Assembly: GCA_049510295.1 (NCBI GenBank)
Contig: JBEKZC010000016.1
Location: 1,316 to 65,315 of the forward strand
DNA length: 64,000 bases
DNA from: Verrucomicrobiota bacterium
Lineage (GTDB): Bacteria > Verrucomicrobiota > Verrucomicrobiia > Limisphaerales > UBA11358
Direction of reading: 5' to 3'
A model generated the notes under the pieces. It worked only from the letters and a program-made list of their open reading frames with translations, was not told the origin of the DNA and searched no databases. The position numbers and the translations under genes were made by a program. Below are positions 27,930-37,629 of this stretch, piece after piece (position 1 is the stretch's first letter; each line of letters starts with the position of its first letter).

Positions 27930-30900
27930 CTAGGTTCCGGGGTTTGAGGTTTGGGTTTCGGAAATTTTCTTCGGCAGCAAAATCACCGTCACGCGGCTGA
28001 GTTTTTGCCCGAGGATGACTTGCTTGCCCTTCTTTTTCTGGTCGTCGTCTTGGTCGTCGGTTTTTGAGGCGACGGTTGAGGCGTCGTCAGCGGTTTCAGC
28101 ATTGTTCTTGGCGACATTGGATTGGGGAATGCCTTCGGTCGCGCCGGTCATATTGCCGGAAGCGGACACGGATTCGGAAATCAGCGACGCATTGATCGAA
28201 TCGCCACTGACGTTCACGCTGCCGCCGCCGATCACCGTGCCGGAAACTTCGCCTGACGCATTTATGTTCACATCGCCACCGCTGAATGCGGTCACGTCCA
28301 CGTTTTGGGCGGAATGGATGTCAACGCTCTGGCTGCCAATGACGAGGCCGTTGATGTTGCCGCCAGCCTGGAGCCGGATGTTGCTGCCGATGACGCCCGA
28401 ACCGGTGGCGTTGATGTCCTGACCGGCGTTGGCCGAGATAAACGCATCGGCCGGCCCGAGCCCGTTGAAGCCGATTTGCAAAATGCCGCCGAGGCTCGCG
28501 TTGATGCTGCCGTTGGGCGCATTGACGGTGATGTTACCCAGCAAGGCGTCCGAGCCGACGACCGTCGTCGCCAGAATGCCGCTGCCGGGAATCGTCGCCG
28601 GAATGCCAAACAATTGTCCCAACGGATCCAATTGCAGCGCGCTCATCGTCACATAACCCGCGCCGCCCGCGCCGGCGTTCACGTCGCCGTTCAGCGATTC
28701 CACGTTAATGTTCCCGCCGTCGTAGGCGGCGATGCGCGAGCCGTCCACGTTCACGTCACCGTTGGCGGTGACAGAAACGTTGCCGCCGCTCGTGGTGTAA
28801 ATTCCCTTCGGCGCGCTCGCATCGCCGAGCGTGGTGAACTCGCCGCCGACATCCAGCGAGCCGCCGACGTTGACATTCACATTGCCGAGATAACTTTCGT
28901 TGGAAATTTTCGTGCTCGTCATCGTCAAATCGCCGAGCGTCGTGACATTTAGATTCGCGCCGTAAGGCGAGATCGCCGACAGCCCGGCGTCCGGCGCGAG
29001 CACACGGATGCCGCCGGAAACTCCAAGGTCAATGCTGTTTGCGGTGACGTTGAAAGTTCCCAAACCGGCAAGCGAGAGACCCTGGTCGCCGAGCGACGCG
29101 CTCTGGCTCGCGGTGTAAAGCTGCGTGATCATCGCCTGCTGCGTGGTGTCCAGCGCGAGCGGCGTGGTGGCCGGCACCATTTCCGGATTTCCGTTTGCGT
29201 CCAGAACCGGATTGCCGTTCGCATCAAGCAGCGGCACGAACTGGCCCGGCACAATCACGCTGGGATTCAGCAGAAAAGCCAAATCGGAAGCGCTCATCAC
29301 GCCGACATAAATCAACTGTCCCGTCGCGAGATCGTAGCTCAACTTCGCCGTCACGCTTGTATCGGCGCTGTCGGCGAACAATGTTGCCGGCAAAAGATCG
29401 GCCAATTGCGCCGCCGTCAGATTGATGGCCGTCAAATCACCGCGATAAGTAATCGTGCCGAGAACATTGATCGAAGTCGTCTGGCTGGCGGACAGATTGC
29501 GGCCCTGAAAACCGAAATTGTAAGTTCCAAAAATGCTGGTTCCGTCCGATGTGACAAATGGCGCCGTGCTTTCCACCGTGATGTTGGCGAACGTCGGCAC
29601 CGTGAGGCTGAAGCTGCCGATGCTGCCGGAAACGTCCACATACACCGGCTGCGGATTCGGATCGTATTGATGAATGTTGTCGTGCTCGGAGGCGAACGTG
29701 GTGTAATTGCCCGACGCGCTGTCCGACATCGTGATGCCATTCAGCACCGTCGAACCGGAAACCACCGCGCCGCTCAAATTCCCGCCGTCGCGCGTGACGA
29801 TGCTCAACGAACCTTCGCTGTAAGTGTTGCCCGTTACCGGATCAGTATAAAAGATGGGCGCGAGGATGATGCTTTTGTCAATTTTGATGCCGCCCGCGCC
29901 GGCGTTGAGCGAAAGTGACGGCGCGTAAATGGGTGTCAACCTTACGGACGAAGGCGCCGATCCAAAGGAGCCGCCGACGAGTTCAATCGCGTTGCCCGCC
30001 CAAAAATTCACCGCCGCGTCCGGCGCGTAATCGTAGGCAAACGACTGGCTGTTGTTGAACGCGCCGTTGGGGTTGATGACCTGCTTGATGGAAATGTCAT
30101 TCGCCGCCCACACGTTCCACGAACCGGTGGTCAATCCCAAAGTCACGGGCGCGGTGGATGGATTGCCGTTCACCGGCGCGGCGCCGACGTTGCCGCCCAA
30201 ATTTTGTGATCGCTCCACCGCCGTTACCAAACTGTTCAAAGTCGTCGCGTAAGCTGAAGGATCGGCGGACGGATTTTGCAAAATGGCGGCTTGCGCACTG
30301 GAAACCGGCATGCCTGCGAGCATCGTGCCGGTGCCATCAGTCACCGTGTAATTTCCGGTGATTTGATTTCCCGCAATCACCGTCATGTCGCCCGCGCCGT
30401 AAGCGCCGGACGCGCCGGGCGCCTGACGCGACGGAACAAGCGGCGTGCTGTCAATATTGTTGCCGGCAATCAATGTCACGTTCCCGCCCGCCGCCGTGGA
30501 AATGCCGCCCAGAAACGGATTCGGTGCCCAACCGCTGTCGGTAAAATCGTAATCCGTTGATTGCTGCAGACCGTTGGCGCTGCCGTTGTCAGAGCCGGTG
30601 CTGATGCTGCCCGCCAGCGCGTTCGCAAAAACACTGCCGCCGCCGGTCGTGGAGACCGAACCGGAACCGACCAAAATATCTTGACCCGCAATCAGATTGA
30701 CATTGCCCGCCGCCGTTTGAATCGAACCGCCGCCGCTGTTGCCGCCACTGTTGTTGTTCAGATAAATGCTGCCGGCACCGGGTTGAACCACGTTGTTGAC
30801 GAAATTGTATCCGGCCTGGAGAGTCACCGACCAGTTGTATTCGTCCGTCAACAGCGAGTTATTCCCAAAAATGATATTGCGCCCGGCCTGCAAAGTCAGT

Positions 30901-32168
30901 TGACCGCCGGTCACGCCGCCGAAGTTTGCGCCGATGGTTCCGCTCAAATCCCATATCGTGCCGCCGGCGAGCGTGATGTCATACGCCGCCTGAAGATTGA
31001 TTTGAGAAACCGCGATGTTGGCAAACGCGGTATTCACGTTCAAATCGAGCGTGCTGCCCGGATTGCTCCCGGCCAGAACCGTGCCGTTGCCGGCGCTGCC
31101 GGAGCCGGACGAATCCAAAATAATGTAATCTGGATCCAACAACAGCGTCCCCGCCGTCAAGCCGGTCGCAGCCCGCGCGTTGATGCCGGAATTCAGCGAC
31201 AGGATATTCGGCGCGCTGATTTCCACGCTGCCGCCGTTGCCGCCCTGTGAACCGCCGGTAGCAACAATCGTGCTGCCGATTTGGTCGCTGAAATTATTTC
31301 CAGATTTGAGTGTAATCGTTCCGCCGGAGCTTCCGGCGGTTGAATTGTCACCGTTCGCGACGATTTGCGAATTCGCGCCGAGATTTAGTTGATCGGACGC
31401 GACAAGCTCGATGACGCCATTCTGATTCTGCACCGAGTCAGCCTGGATGATTCCATTCTGGTTCACCACTTGCGCTTGCAGGGCAATCGTTCCGGCGTCG
31501 GCGGTTATTTGGCCGAAATTGTTCACCGATCCCTTCGGCACCTTCAAGGTGGCGCTCAACCCGCGACCGTCGGGACGGTCACTCACCAGCACGCTTTCTC
31601 CAGCATAAAGCCCGATGTTGCCACTCGGCGCGTTGAGCTGGCCGTTATTTTGGATGTTCTCGGCAATGAGAAACAGCGATTTGCCTCCGCCAACCTGAAT
31701 CTGCCCATAATTGACGATGCTCGCGAGTGGCGGCATTCCGGTGAATTGCCAGCTCGCTCCAATCCCAAAATCCGGCGTCAATGGCGCGGTGGTGGCGATG
31801 AAGCTGCCGCCGACTTTGACCATCGAGTTTGGGCCGAAATAAAATCCGTTCGCGTTGGCGAGAATCACTGTGCCGTTCGCATTGAGATTTCCAAAAATCT
31901 GCGACGGGTTCGCGCCGCCGATTTCGTTTAGAACGACGGAATTTGCCGAAGGTTGGATGAACGTGGTGGTTTCGCCCTGCTGGATGTTGAAGCTGCTCCA
32001 ATTCAAAAGCGCGGCCTGGCTCGTTGTCACGTTCAGTTGCGCGCCGTTTTGCTGCGCGGAAGCCGAACCGGAAACCACGGTCATGCCCGTCGGATTGGCG
32101 AACAAAAAATTATTCCAGCCGAATATCAACGCGGCCACGAACCGGAATTGTCTGCATTTGAATTTCAT
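27930..32168 (-). CDS. filamentous-haemagglutinin-type TpsA exoprotein
   Basis: The N-terminal TPS domain reads 'NPTGMTVVSGSASAQQNGAQLNVTTSQAALLNWSSFNIQQGETTTFIQPSANSVVLNEIGGANPSQIFGNLNANGTVILANANGFYFG'. A long Gly/Asn/Ser-rich beta-helix repeat region follows. I see no VENN or toxin module. The start is at the ATG at 32168 (MKFKCRQ...), just after the TpsB stop. Confidence 0.85.
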   Translation of the reverse strand: MKFKCRQFRFVAALIFGWNNFLFANPTGMTVVSGSASAQQNGAQLNVTTSQAALLNWSSFNIQQGETTTFIQPSANSVVLNEIGGANPSQIFGNLNANGTVILANANGFYFGPNSMVKVGGSFIATTAPLTPDFGIGASWQFTGMPPLASIVNYGQIQVGGGKSLFLIAENIQNNGQLNAPSGNIGLYAGESVLVSDRPDGRGLSATLKVPKGSVNNFGQITADAGTIALQAQVVNQNGIIQADSVQNQNGVIELVASDQLNLGANSQIVANGDNSTAGSSGGTITLKSGNNFSDQIGSTIVATGGSQGGNGGSVEISAPNILSLNSGINARAATGLTAGTLLLDPDYIILDSSGSGSAGNGTVLAGSNPGSTLDLNVNTAFANIAVSQINLQAAYDITLAGGTIWDLSGTIGANFGGVTGGQLTLQAGRNIIFGNNSLLTDEYNWSVTLQAGYNFVNNVVQPGAGSIYLNNNSGGNSGGGSIQTAAGNVNLIAGQDILVGSGSVSTTGGGSVFANALAGSISTGSDNGSANGLQQSTDYDFTDSGWAPNPFLGGISTAAGGNVTLIAGNNIDSTPLVPSRQAPGASGAYGAGDMTVIAGNQITGNYTVTDGTGTMLAGMPVSSAQAAILQNPSADPSAYATTLNSLVTAVERSQNLGGNVGAAPVNGNPSTAPVTLGLTTGSWNVWAANDISIKQVINPNGAFNNSQSFAYDYAPDAAVNFWAGNAIELVGGSFGSAPSSVRLTPIYAPSLSLNAGAGGIKIDKSIILAPIFYTDPVTGNTYSEGSLSIVTRDGGNLSGAVVSGSTVLNGITMSDSASGNYTTFASEHDNIHQYDPNPQPVYVDVSGSIGSFSLTVPTFANITVESTAPFVTSDGTSIFGTYNFGFQGRNLSASQTTSINVLGTITYRGDLTAINLTAAQLADLLPATLFADSADTSVTAKLSYDLATGQLIYVGVMSASDLAFLLNPSVIVPGQFVPLLDANGNPVLDANGNPEMVPATTPLALDTTQQAMITQLYTASQSASLGDQGLSLAGLGTFNVTANSIDLGVSGGIRVLAPDAGLSAISPYGANLNVTTLGDLTMTSTKISNESYLGNVNVNVGGSLDVGGEFTTLGDASAPKGIYTTSGGNVSVTANGDVNVDGSRIAAYDGGNINVESLNGDVNAGAGGAGYVTMSALQLDPLGQLFGIPATIPGSGILATTVVGSDALLGNITVNAPNGSINASLGGILQIGFNGLGPADAFISANAGQDINATGSGVIGSNIRLQAGGNINGLVIGSQSVDIHSAQNVDVTAFSGGDVNINASGEVSGTVIGGGSVNVSGDSINASLISESVSASGNMTGATEGIPQSNVAKNNAETADDASTVASKTDDQDDDQKKKGKQVILGQKLSRVTVILLPKKISETQTSNPGT

Positions 32169-32175
32169 GGCGCGG

Positions 32176-34392
32176 TTAGAATTGGACTCCGATGTTGAAA
32201 TAAGCCTGCGCACTTCCGGCGGATGTCGTGGGTGTGTCGTGCAAGGCCCACGCGAGGGCGAGCCGGGCGCTCACATGACTGCCTGCGGTGAGAAAAAAGC
32301 CGACGCCGGTGCCCCATTGCGTGACGGAAACATCGGCCGGCGCCGGACGGTCCATCGAAAACGTCTGGCCGACATCCATGAACCACGAGCAGCGCAAATC
32401 CGCCGGCACGTCGCCGCTTTGCGTCGGGAAATAACCGACATTGATTGGCGGAGCGCGCAGATCAAAAAGCGCGCGCCATCCGGTATCGCCGTAATTTTGC
32501 CCCTCCTGATAGCCGCGCACGCCGCTCGTGCCGCCCAAGGCCATTTGCTCGTTGCTGATGAGCGGCGCGCTCGCCCACTGGCCGTTGGCATTGAGAACCG
32601 CGGACCAATCACCGGGTAAATTCTGTTGCCGAACCAGACCGGCTGTGATCGTGGTGTAATTGCCGCCCGCAGAACTTGAACCGGCAACGGACTGAAAACC
32701 GCTCCGGGCGGACGCCAGCGGCGACAGGAATACGTTCTGATTGTAATTGAAACTGAAAGCGCCCCATTTGTCCGGCCGCACGGCGACCCAGCTTGCCGAT
32801 AGCGGCAGATAATAAAGGTTCTGCCTATTGTTGGCGGGCAGGCTGATGGTTTGGTTCGTCACCAGAACTCGATTGCCGAAAGTATCGAGAGCGTAGAGGT
32901 CAAAATACGTCAGGTTCGTGCTGTAAGTTTGCGCCTGATAGGACTTGTAATCCAGGCCGAGCAACAGCGACGATTTCACGCCGAGAAATTCTCGCAGGGG
33001 GACGGTGAGCTTCGTTCCGATATTGTTGTTTTCGGTCACCGTGCGCTGTGCAAATTGCGAACTGATGTTCGCGAGCGTGTTCGTAAAAATCGTCGTGAGC
33101 GGACCAAGATTGACCGGTGTGTCGGACGTGGAACGCGAGGCGTAAAAAATCACGTCGGGATTTCCCGTTGCGGGCGGCAGATTAAATTTGTGCGTGACTT
33201 CGTCGTAGCCGAAATTGACCGGAAGATTTTCATAGTCCTCGCGCAGGCCTTGGGCAAACGCCAGTGGAATCCGGTAAAATCCGCTGTAACTGGCGACCAT
33301 CGGCTGATCGTAAAATCCTGAAAAATCACCGGCGGGTTTGAATTCCTGCGGTGAAAAATTGTAATCGAGGCCGAATTGATGTTCGCGCTGCCAGAGATTG
33401 CCGTATTGCACCGCCGAGTCCACGCGCAGCAACGGCGTGTCTGGTGTTGATTTGTCATTGATTTCAATATGCTCGTGCAATGGCAACTGGTCCTTGACCT
33501 TGAGCGTCAAATCGCTAGTGCCCGGTTCCGGACCGGGACTGATGACCGGATAAATCTGGCGGTCTTGATTTGCATTGGCGCGGTCGAGTTCCGGCTGGAA
33601 CCATTTCGTGTTGATCAAGATGTTTGTGGTCAGGCTCGGCAGCGCGCGGCGAACGTTGTCGGCGCTGTAATAACGGTTGCCCTCGACTATGATGTCGCTC
33701 AAACGGCCCTCGATGATTTTCACGCGCACGATGCCGTTGGTCAGCTTCTGCTGTGGCAGCGTGACGCTGATGGTTGGAAAACCAAGATCGCGATACCGCA
33801 GTTGCAGTTTGCCCAAACCTTCGCGAATGCGGGCGAAATCCAACTCGCCGATGTAATTGGTGAGGATGTTAAATTCTCCCGGAGGCAGCGCCGTGTTGCC
33901 TTCAAGCTGATAGCCGTGAATTTCAATTGTCGGTTTCGGCGCGGTAAAAAGATTTATGATCGCCGCGGCCAAATCGGATTCCGCAGCGGCATTGGTCTGG
34001 ACAATTTTGATTCGGACAAGCCCGTTGGTGAATTGTTGCTCCGGCAACGTGACGTTCACGTTCGAAAATCCCGATTGGCGGTAGAGCGCCTGCAAGCGAT
34101 CCAAGCCCTCCCGCACGCGCCTCAAATCCACCTTGCCAGTGTAATTGGAAAGCATTCCAAATTCGGACGGCGGCAGTGCGGTGTCGCCTTCAATCCGATA
34201 AGTTCGGACGTCAAGGGCGGGCAGCAGCTTGGGCGGAGGATTGGTGACTGCGGGAATGGGCGCGGCAAAAAGGTCTTCAATGACGGCGGGCGGATTGGTT
34301 TCCGCCGCGATGCCACTTGAAATTTTTGCGAGCGCGATCATCGCGATCACCCCAAGTCGGAATCTCATTTGCTGTGGTTGTCCTCTCGACAA
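32176..34392 (-). CDS. ShlB/FhaC/HecB-family TpsB outer-membrane transporter
   Basis: 738 aa with POTRA-like repeats and a C-terminal beta-barrel ending '...YFNIGVQF'. Confidence 0.85.
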   Translation of the reverse strand: MSRGQPQQMRFRLGVIAMIALAKISSGIAAETNPPAVIEDLFAAPIPAVTNPPPKLLPALDVRTYRIEGDTALPPSEFGMLSNYTGKVDLRRVREGLDRLQALYRQSGFSNVNVTLPEQQFTNGLVRIKIVQTNAAAESDLAAAIINLFTAPKPTIEIHGYQLEGNTALPPGEFNILTNYIGELDFARIREGLGKLQLRYRDLGFPTISVTLPQQKLTNGIVRVKIIEGRLSDIIVEGNRYYSADNVRRALPSLTTNILINTKWFQPELDRANANQDRQIYPVISPGPEPGTSDLTLKVKDQLPLHEHIEINDKSTPDTPLLRVDSAVQYGNLWQREHQFGLDYNFSPQEFKPAGDFSGFYDQPMVASYSGFYRIPLAFAQGLREDYENLPVNFGYDEVTHKFNLPPATGNPDVIFYASRSTSDTPVNLGPLTTIFTNTLANISSQFAQRTVTENNNIGTKLTVPLREFLGVKSSLLLGLDYKSYQAQTYSTNLTYFDLYALDTFGNRVLVTNQTISLPANNRQNLYYLPLSASWVAVRPDKWGAFSFNYNQNVFLSPLASARSGFQSVAGSSSAGGNYTTITAGLVRQQNLPGDWSAVLNANGQWASAPLISNEQMALGGTSGVRGYQEGQNYGDTGWRALFDLRAPPINVGYFPTQSGDVPADLRCSWFMDVGQTFSMDRPAPADVSVTQWGTGVGFFLTAGSHVSARLALAWALHDTPTTSAGSAQAYFNIGVQF

Positions 34393-34413
34393 ATTCGTTT
34401 GCTAATCCATAAC

Positions 34414-34443
34414 GGCAGGCCCGGCGTGCGCGCCGGACCTGCC
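34414..34443 (-). terminator. GC-rich hairpin between two cistrons (attenuator or stabiliser; no U-tract)
   Basis: 'ggcaggcccggcg-tgcg-cgccggacctgcc' forms a 13-bp stem with one mismatch. Confidence 0.35.
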
Positions 34444-34468
34444 GCGTGTTGGTCTTCGCCTATGAATT

Positions 34469-35350
34469 TTATTGCGCGGTCACGCGGTAAAATTCGGCGC
34501 TGCCGGAATTGGTGTGGTTGATAGTGTCTGCCCTGCCATCGCCAGTTATCGTGGTGGCATCCACCGGCCAGGTTGACACCGGACCGCCAAGATTGTTGGT
34601 GTAAGCCACGGCGTAGGTGTTGCCAACCGTGGTCGTGAATTGCACCGCGCTGATGGTGCCGGAATGGTTAACGCTCACAATCTTCGACTGTCGCGGCCCG
34701 GCCACGAATGTGATCACGCTATTTGTGGCGACGGTGAACACGCCAATCAATTTATCCGGCGGCGGATTCGGATAAACCGACGAGGACTGGATTTGCCAGA
34801 AATCCAGCGAGGCCGGCAATGCCTGCTCCACCGTGAACGGCGCGTTGCCACCCAATTGCGCGATGCCGTTGAAATGTCCTCCCGAAACAATCGAGTCATA
34901 CGACGACGCGGCATACAAACCGCCACTATCAATGACGTAGGCATTCGGGCCGTTCGACGGAATCGCAAGGGGAATCAGCGGTCCCGTTCCAATCGCGCTG
35001 ATGATGCTGTGCAATGTGTCCGCCACCTGCGGGCCAACGTTGTAAGCCGTGGTGTTCGGTTCGGGGCTGCTTAAATAGTTGGTCTGGCCAGTCGCCAGCA
35101 AAACCACTTTTGCACCGGTGAAACTTCCCACGTTGCCCGTCACCTGGGTCGGATCCCAATTGCTGACGGCGGTGGTGTAGCCGTTGGTGTGGCCCAGAAA
35201 GTTGGTGACGCTGCCAATGTCGTATTCGATGTCTTGCGCGCTCTTGCGGAAGACGAGCAGCACGTCGCCGTCGTTATAAATCCACGCCCGCGCGGGCGGT
35301 GCGGACAGCAGCGTCGCCGCCGCGAAAAGGGTTAAAATTATTTTTTTCAT
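34469..35350 (-). CDS. secreted hypothetical protein
   Basis: 293 aa with the signal peptide 'MKKIILTLFAAATLLSAPPARA'. I recognise no family. Confidence 0.6.
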   Translation of the reverse strand: MKKIILTLFAAATLLSAPPARAWIYNDGDVLLVFRKSAQDIEYDIGSVTNFLGHTNGYTTAVSNWDPTQVTGNVGSFTGAKVVLLATGQTNYLSSPEPNTTAYNVGPQVADTLHSIISAIGTGPLIPLAIPSNGPNAYVIDSGGLYAASSYDSIVSGGHFNGIAQLGGNAPFTVEQALPASLDFWQIQSSSVYPNPPPDKLIGVFTVATNSVITFVAGPRQSKIVSVNHSGTISAVQFTTTVGNTYAVAYTNNLGGPVSTWPVDATTITGDGRADTINHTNSGSAEFYRVTAQ

Positions 35351-35381
35351 ACGCTGTTAGGTTCAAAAACCGCCAAGTGGG

Positions 35382-36485
35382 TTAGTAATTGGGCAAAGGA
35401 ATGATCGGGCCGCCGTCGGCGCCTGCAGTGCGCAACTGCACCTTCATCGAAGGGATGGGAACAAAGTTGTTCGTGAACACCGGGTTGGTAATGCTCTGGA
35501 ACGCCGCGTTGGTGACGCTGTTGTAAAGCACGTTGATCACGGCCTGTTGCGGGGTTGAAGGCGCTCCCGTGTTTGGCGAGGTGATGTAATAATAATGCTC
35601 GGTGCCCCAAAGCGGGTAACTGCCGTTGATGACGTTGGTCACGGAATAAGGCACGCCTTCAAAAGCGATGGGCGCAAGCGGAGGCGTCGCATTTTGCACC
35701 GCGACAGTGCCAATCGAATTGGTCACCGCCGTCACCGCCGTCACCAATTTGGAGGCGGAGGAAAGCCCGGGATCGGCGCTGCCATCCTGGACGGGCAACC
35801 CGGCGGCATTGTTGGTGAAGGTTTTGATATTTCCGGTATTGTAGATGTTCAGGTCAATTTCCGTGCGGACGGCAGAGGAGCGGTTGCGGCCCACAAAATA
35901 AACGTAGTTGGTGCCGGTGCTGCCGTAAAAATACGCCTTGTTGGTGGTGGTTTCCAACTCGACAGCCTGTCGTTGGGTCAGGTTGGTGATGGCATATACA
36001 TCCGGGTAGTTGGTGTTTCTGACATAGACCAGCGGCACCACATAAGTTGGCAAATCAGTAAGATTCGCCGCCACCGAATCAATGCCCACGGCCTCGGGCG
36101 AGGTCGCCGAGTCCACAAACGTCGGAATGATGGGCGCGCCCGCATAATTGGTGTCACCCGCGCCGGCCGCCTGGTTCACCAAAGCACTAAGGCCGTTGAT
36201 GGCGCCGTTGTTGAGGTTGATGTTCAGCGTAATGGTGCCGTAGCCGTTCAAATTCGGGTTCAAGCTGGAGCCTACGAATTGAGCCACGTTTCCTTTGATG
36301 CTGCCGTTGACAGAAAAGGCGCCGCCCGCAAACACGTTGGTGGCGCGGTCGAATAACACGGTCGAGCTGGCGCTACCGCCCTCGATGTTGACGGTTACTT
36401 GCGCGTGCGAACTTGGGGTGAGCGCCAATCCGGCGAGAGCGACGCCGGCGGCGAGGATTATTTTTTTGAGTTTGATTGTTTTCAT
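35382..36485 (-). CDS. secreted periplasmic-binding-protein-like (PstS-type fold) protein
   Basis: It has a signal peptide, and 'GSYPLWGTEHYYY' resembles the PBP-like_2 'YPL.r.lYlY' signature. The assignment is tentative. Confidence 0.5.
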   Translation of the reverse strand: MKTIKLKKIILAAGVALAGLALTPSSHAQVTVNIEGGSASSTVLFDRATNVFAGGAFSVNGSIKGNVAQFVGSSLNPNLNGYGTITLNINLNNGAINGLSALVNQAAGAGDTNYAGAPIIPTFVDSATSPEAVGIDSVAANLTDLPTYVVPLVYVRNTNYPDVYAITNLTQRQAVELETTTNKAYFYGSTGTNYVYFVGRNRSSAVRTEIDLNIYNTGNIKTFTNNAAGLPVQDGSADPGLSSASKLVTAVTAVTNSIGTVAVQNATPPLAPIAFEGVPYSVTNVINGSYPLWGTEHYYYITSPNTGAPSTPQQAVINVLYNSVTNAAFQSITNPVFTNNFVPIPSMKVQLRTAGADGGPIIPLPNY

Positions 36486-36667
36486 AGGTTCACAATTTTT
36501 CGGTTTGGTTGTTTCAGTAAAAAAACGTCCGCGTATGCGGGAGACAGCGCCGCCTGCCCAAGCAGTCGGCGGATTCCGGCAATGTCACTTTGACGACCGG
36601 AATCGGGTGATGTTTTGCCCACTGTCTCTTTCGCAATCACACGGTTTCGTTTGTTCTTTTTGAAGAA

Positions 36668-36686
36668 CCTCCGGTGAACCGGTCAG
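36668..36686 (-). promoter_or_regulatory. leader motif copy e
   Basis: The plus strand reads 'cctccggtgaaccggtcag', about 180 nt upstream of the ATG at 36485. Confidence 0.45.
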
Positions 36687-36794
36687 CCTTCGTAAATTTT
36701 CTAAATGTTGAGCCTCTCCCGCAGTGGAGTCGGCAAATGGTAAATGCGGTGGACCACAAGCTGCTCGCGTCGCTGTGCATTCTAATCATGGATT

Positions 36795-37622
36795 TTACAG
36801 GTTTGGCGCGTAGGCGATGAATTTGCGGTATTCGACTAAAATGGTCTGCAACGCCGTCACAAACGCTTGTTCCTTCACATAGGTCAGCGGCGCTTTGGGC
36901 GTCTCGAGGATGATCTCGAACGGACGCGGACGGACTTTTGGCGGGGCGCTCAATATGCCGTCGCAGGTGTCGTAAATGACGCCGTTGCACGCCCGAAAAC
37001 CGTCAATGACCGGACGCTCATCGCGCGCAAGCACTTTTTCAACGGCCTGTAGCGCGGGCTCTATTAGATGTTTGGTCAATGTCGCGCCGTGAGCGAACCC
37101 GTAAAAGCCGCCACTCGTTTCATCGGTGTGCAGTGAAATGATGCCGTGAAACGAATGGGAAATGAGTTCGGCCTGCAGCAGCCGGACTTCCGGCTGGTCC
37201 GAGTTTTTCCAAAACTCGCGATTCAAATCTTTTCCGCCGCGCGAAAATCTTGTGCCGTCTTCATAACCGGTTGGATTGCATATCGGATAAAACGACAGGC
37301 AGTAACCGGCGGCCAGTTCCGGCCGGGCTTCGAGCAGCTTGACGAACTGGACAATGGCGCGCGCGCCTTCCGGTTCGTCTCCGTGAATCGCGGCGAAGAT
37401 GCCAATGCGAATCGGTGCGTCGCCGCCTTTGGGGCCGACGAACAGGAAGCGCGGCAATTCGTAAGTTTCGCCGGCATTTTTGAACTTCGCTCCGTGGTTG
37501 ACGACGAGGTTCGGCGAATGCTCCGCAATTTTTCCAAGTGGCACAAGCACACTGGCGGTGGAGCGCCAGCGCACGCGCGGGGTTGGCGGGGCAATTTCAA
37601 ATTGGGAATCGGCGATGGTCAT
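36795..37622 (-). CDS. M14 / succinylglutamate desuccinylase-aspartoacylase family metallopeptidase
   Basis: 'IGIFAAIHGDEPEG' and 'NPTGYEDGTRFSRGGKDLNREF'. The start is at the ATG at 37622, just after the sbp stop. Confidence 0.75.
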   Translation of the reverse strand: MTIADSQFEIAPPTPRVRWRSTASVLVPLGKIAEHSPNLVVNHGAKFKNAGETYELPRFLFVGPKGGDAPIRIGIFAAIHGDEPEGARAIVQFVKLLEARPELAAGYCLSFYPICNPTGYEDGTRFSRGGKDLNREFWKNSDQPEVRLLQAELISHSFHGIISLHTDETSGGFYGFAHGATLTKHLIEPALQAVEKVLARDERPVIDGFRACNGVIYDTCDGILSAPPKVRPRPFEIILETPKAPLTYVKEQAFVTALQTILVEYRKFIAYAPNL

Positions 37623-37629
37623 GGCTCGT

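Noticed and set aside
27898-27958. A repetitive 'ggttctagg / ggtctgg / ggtttga' run as a possible CRISPR or microsatellite
   Set aside because: The repeats are short, irregular and G/T-rich, spanning the TpsA C-terminus and the gap to exbB. There is no repeat-spacer periodicity. No CRISPR-like array was seen anywhere in the window.
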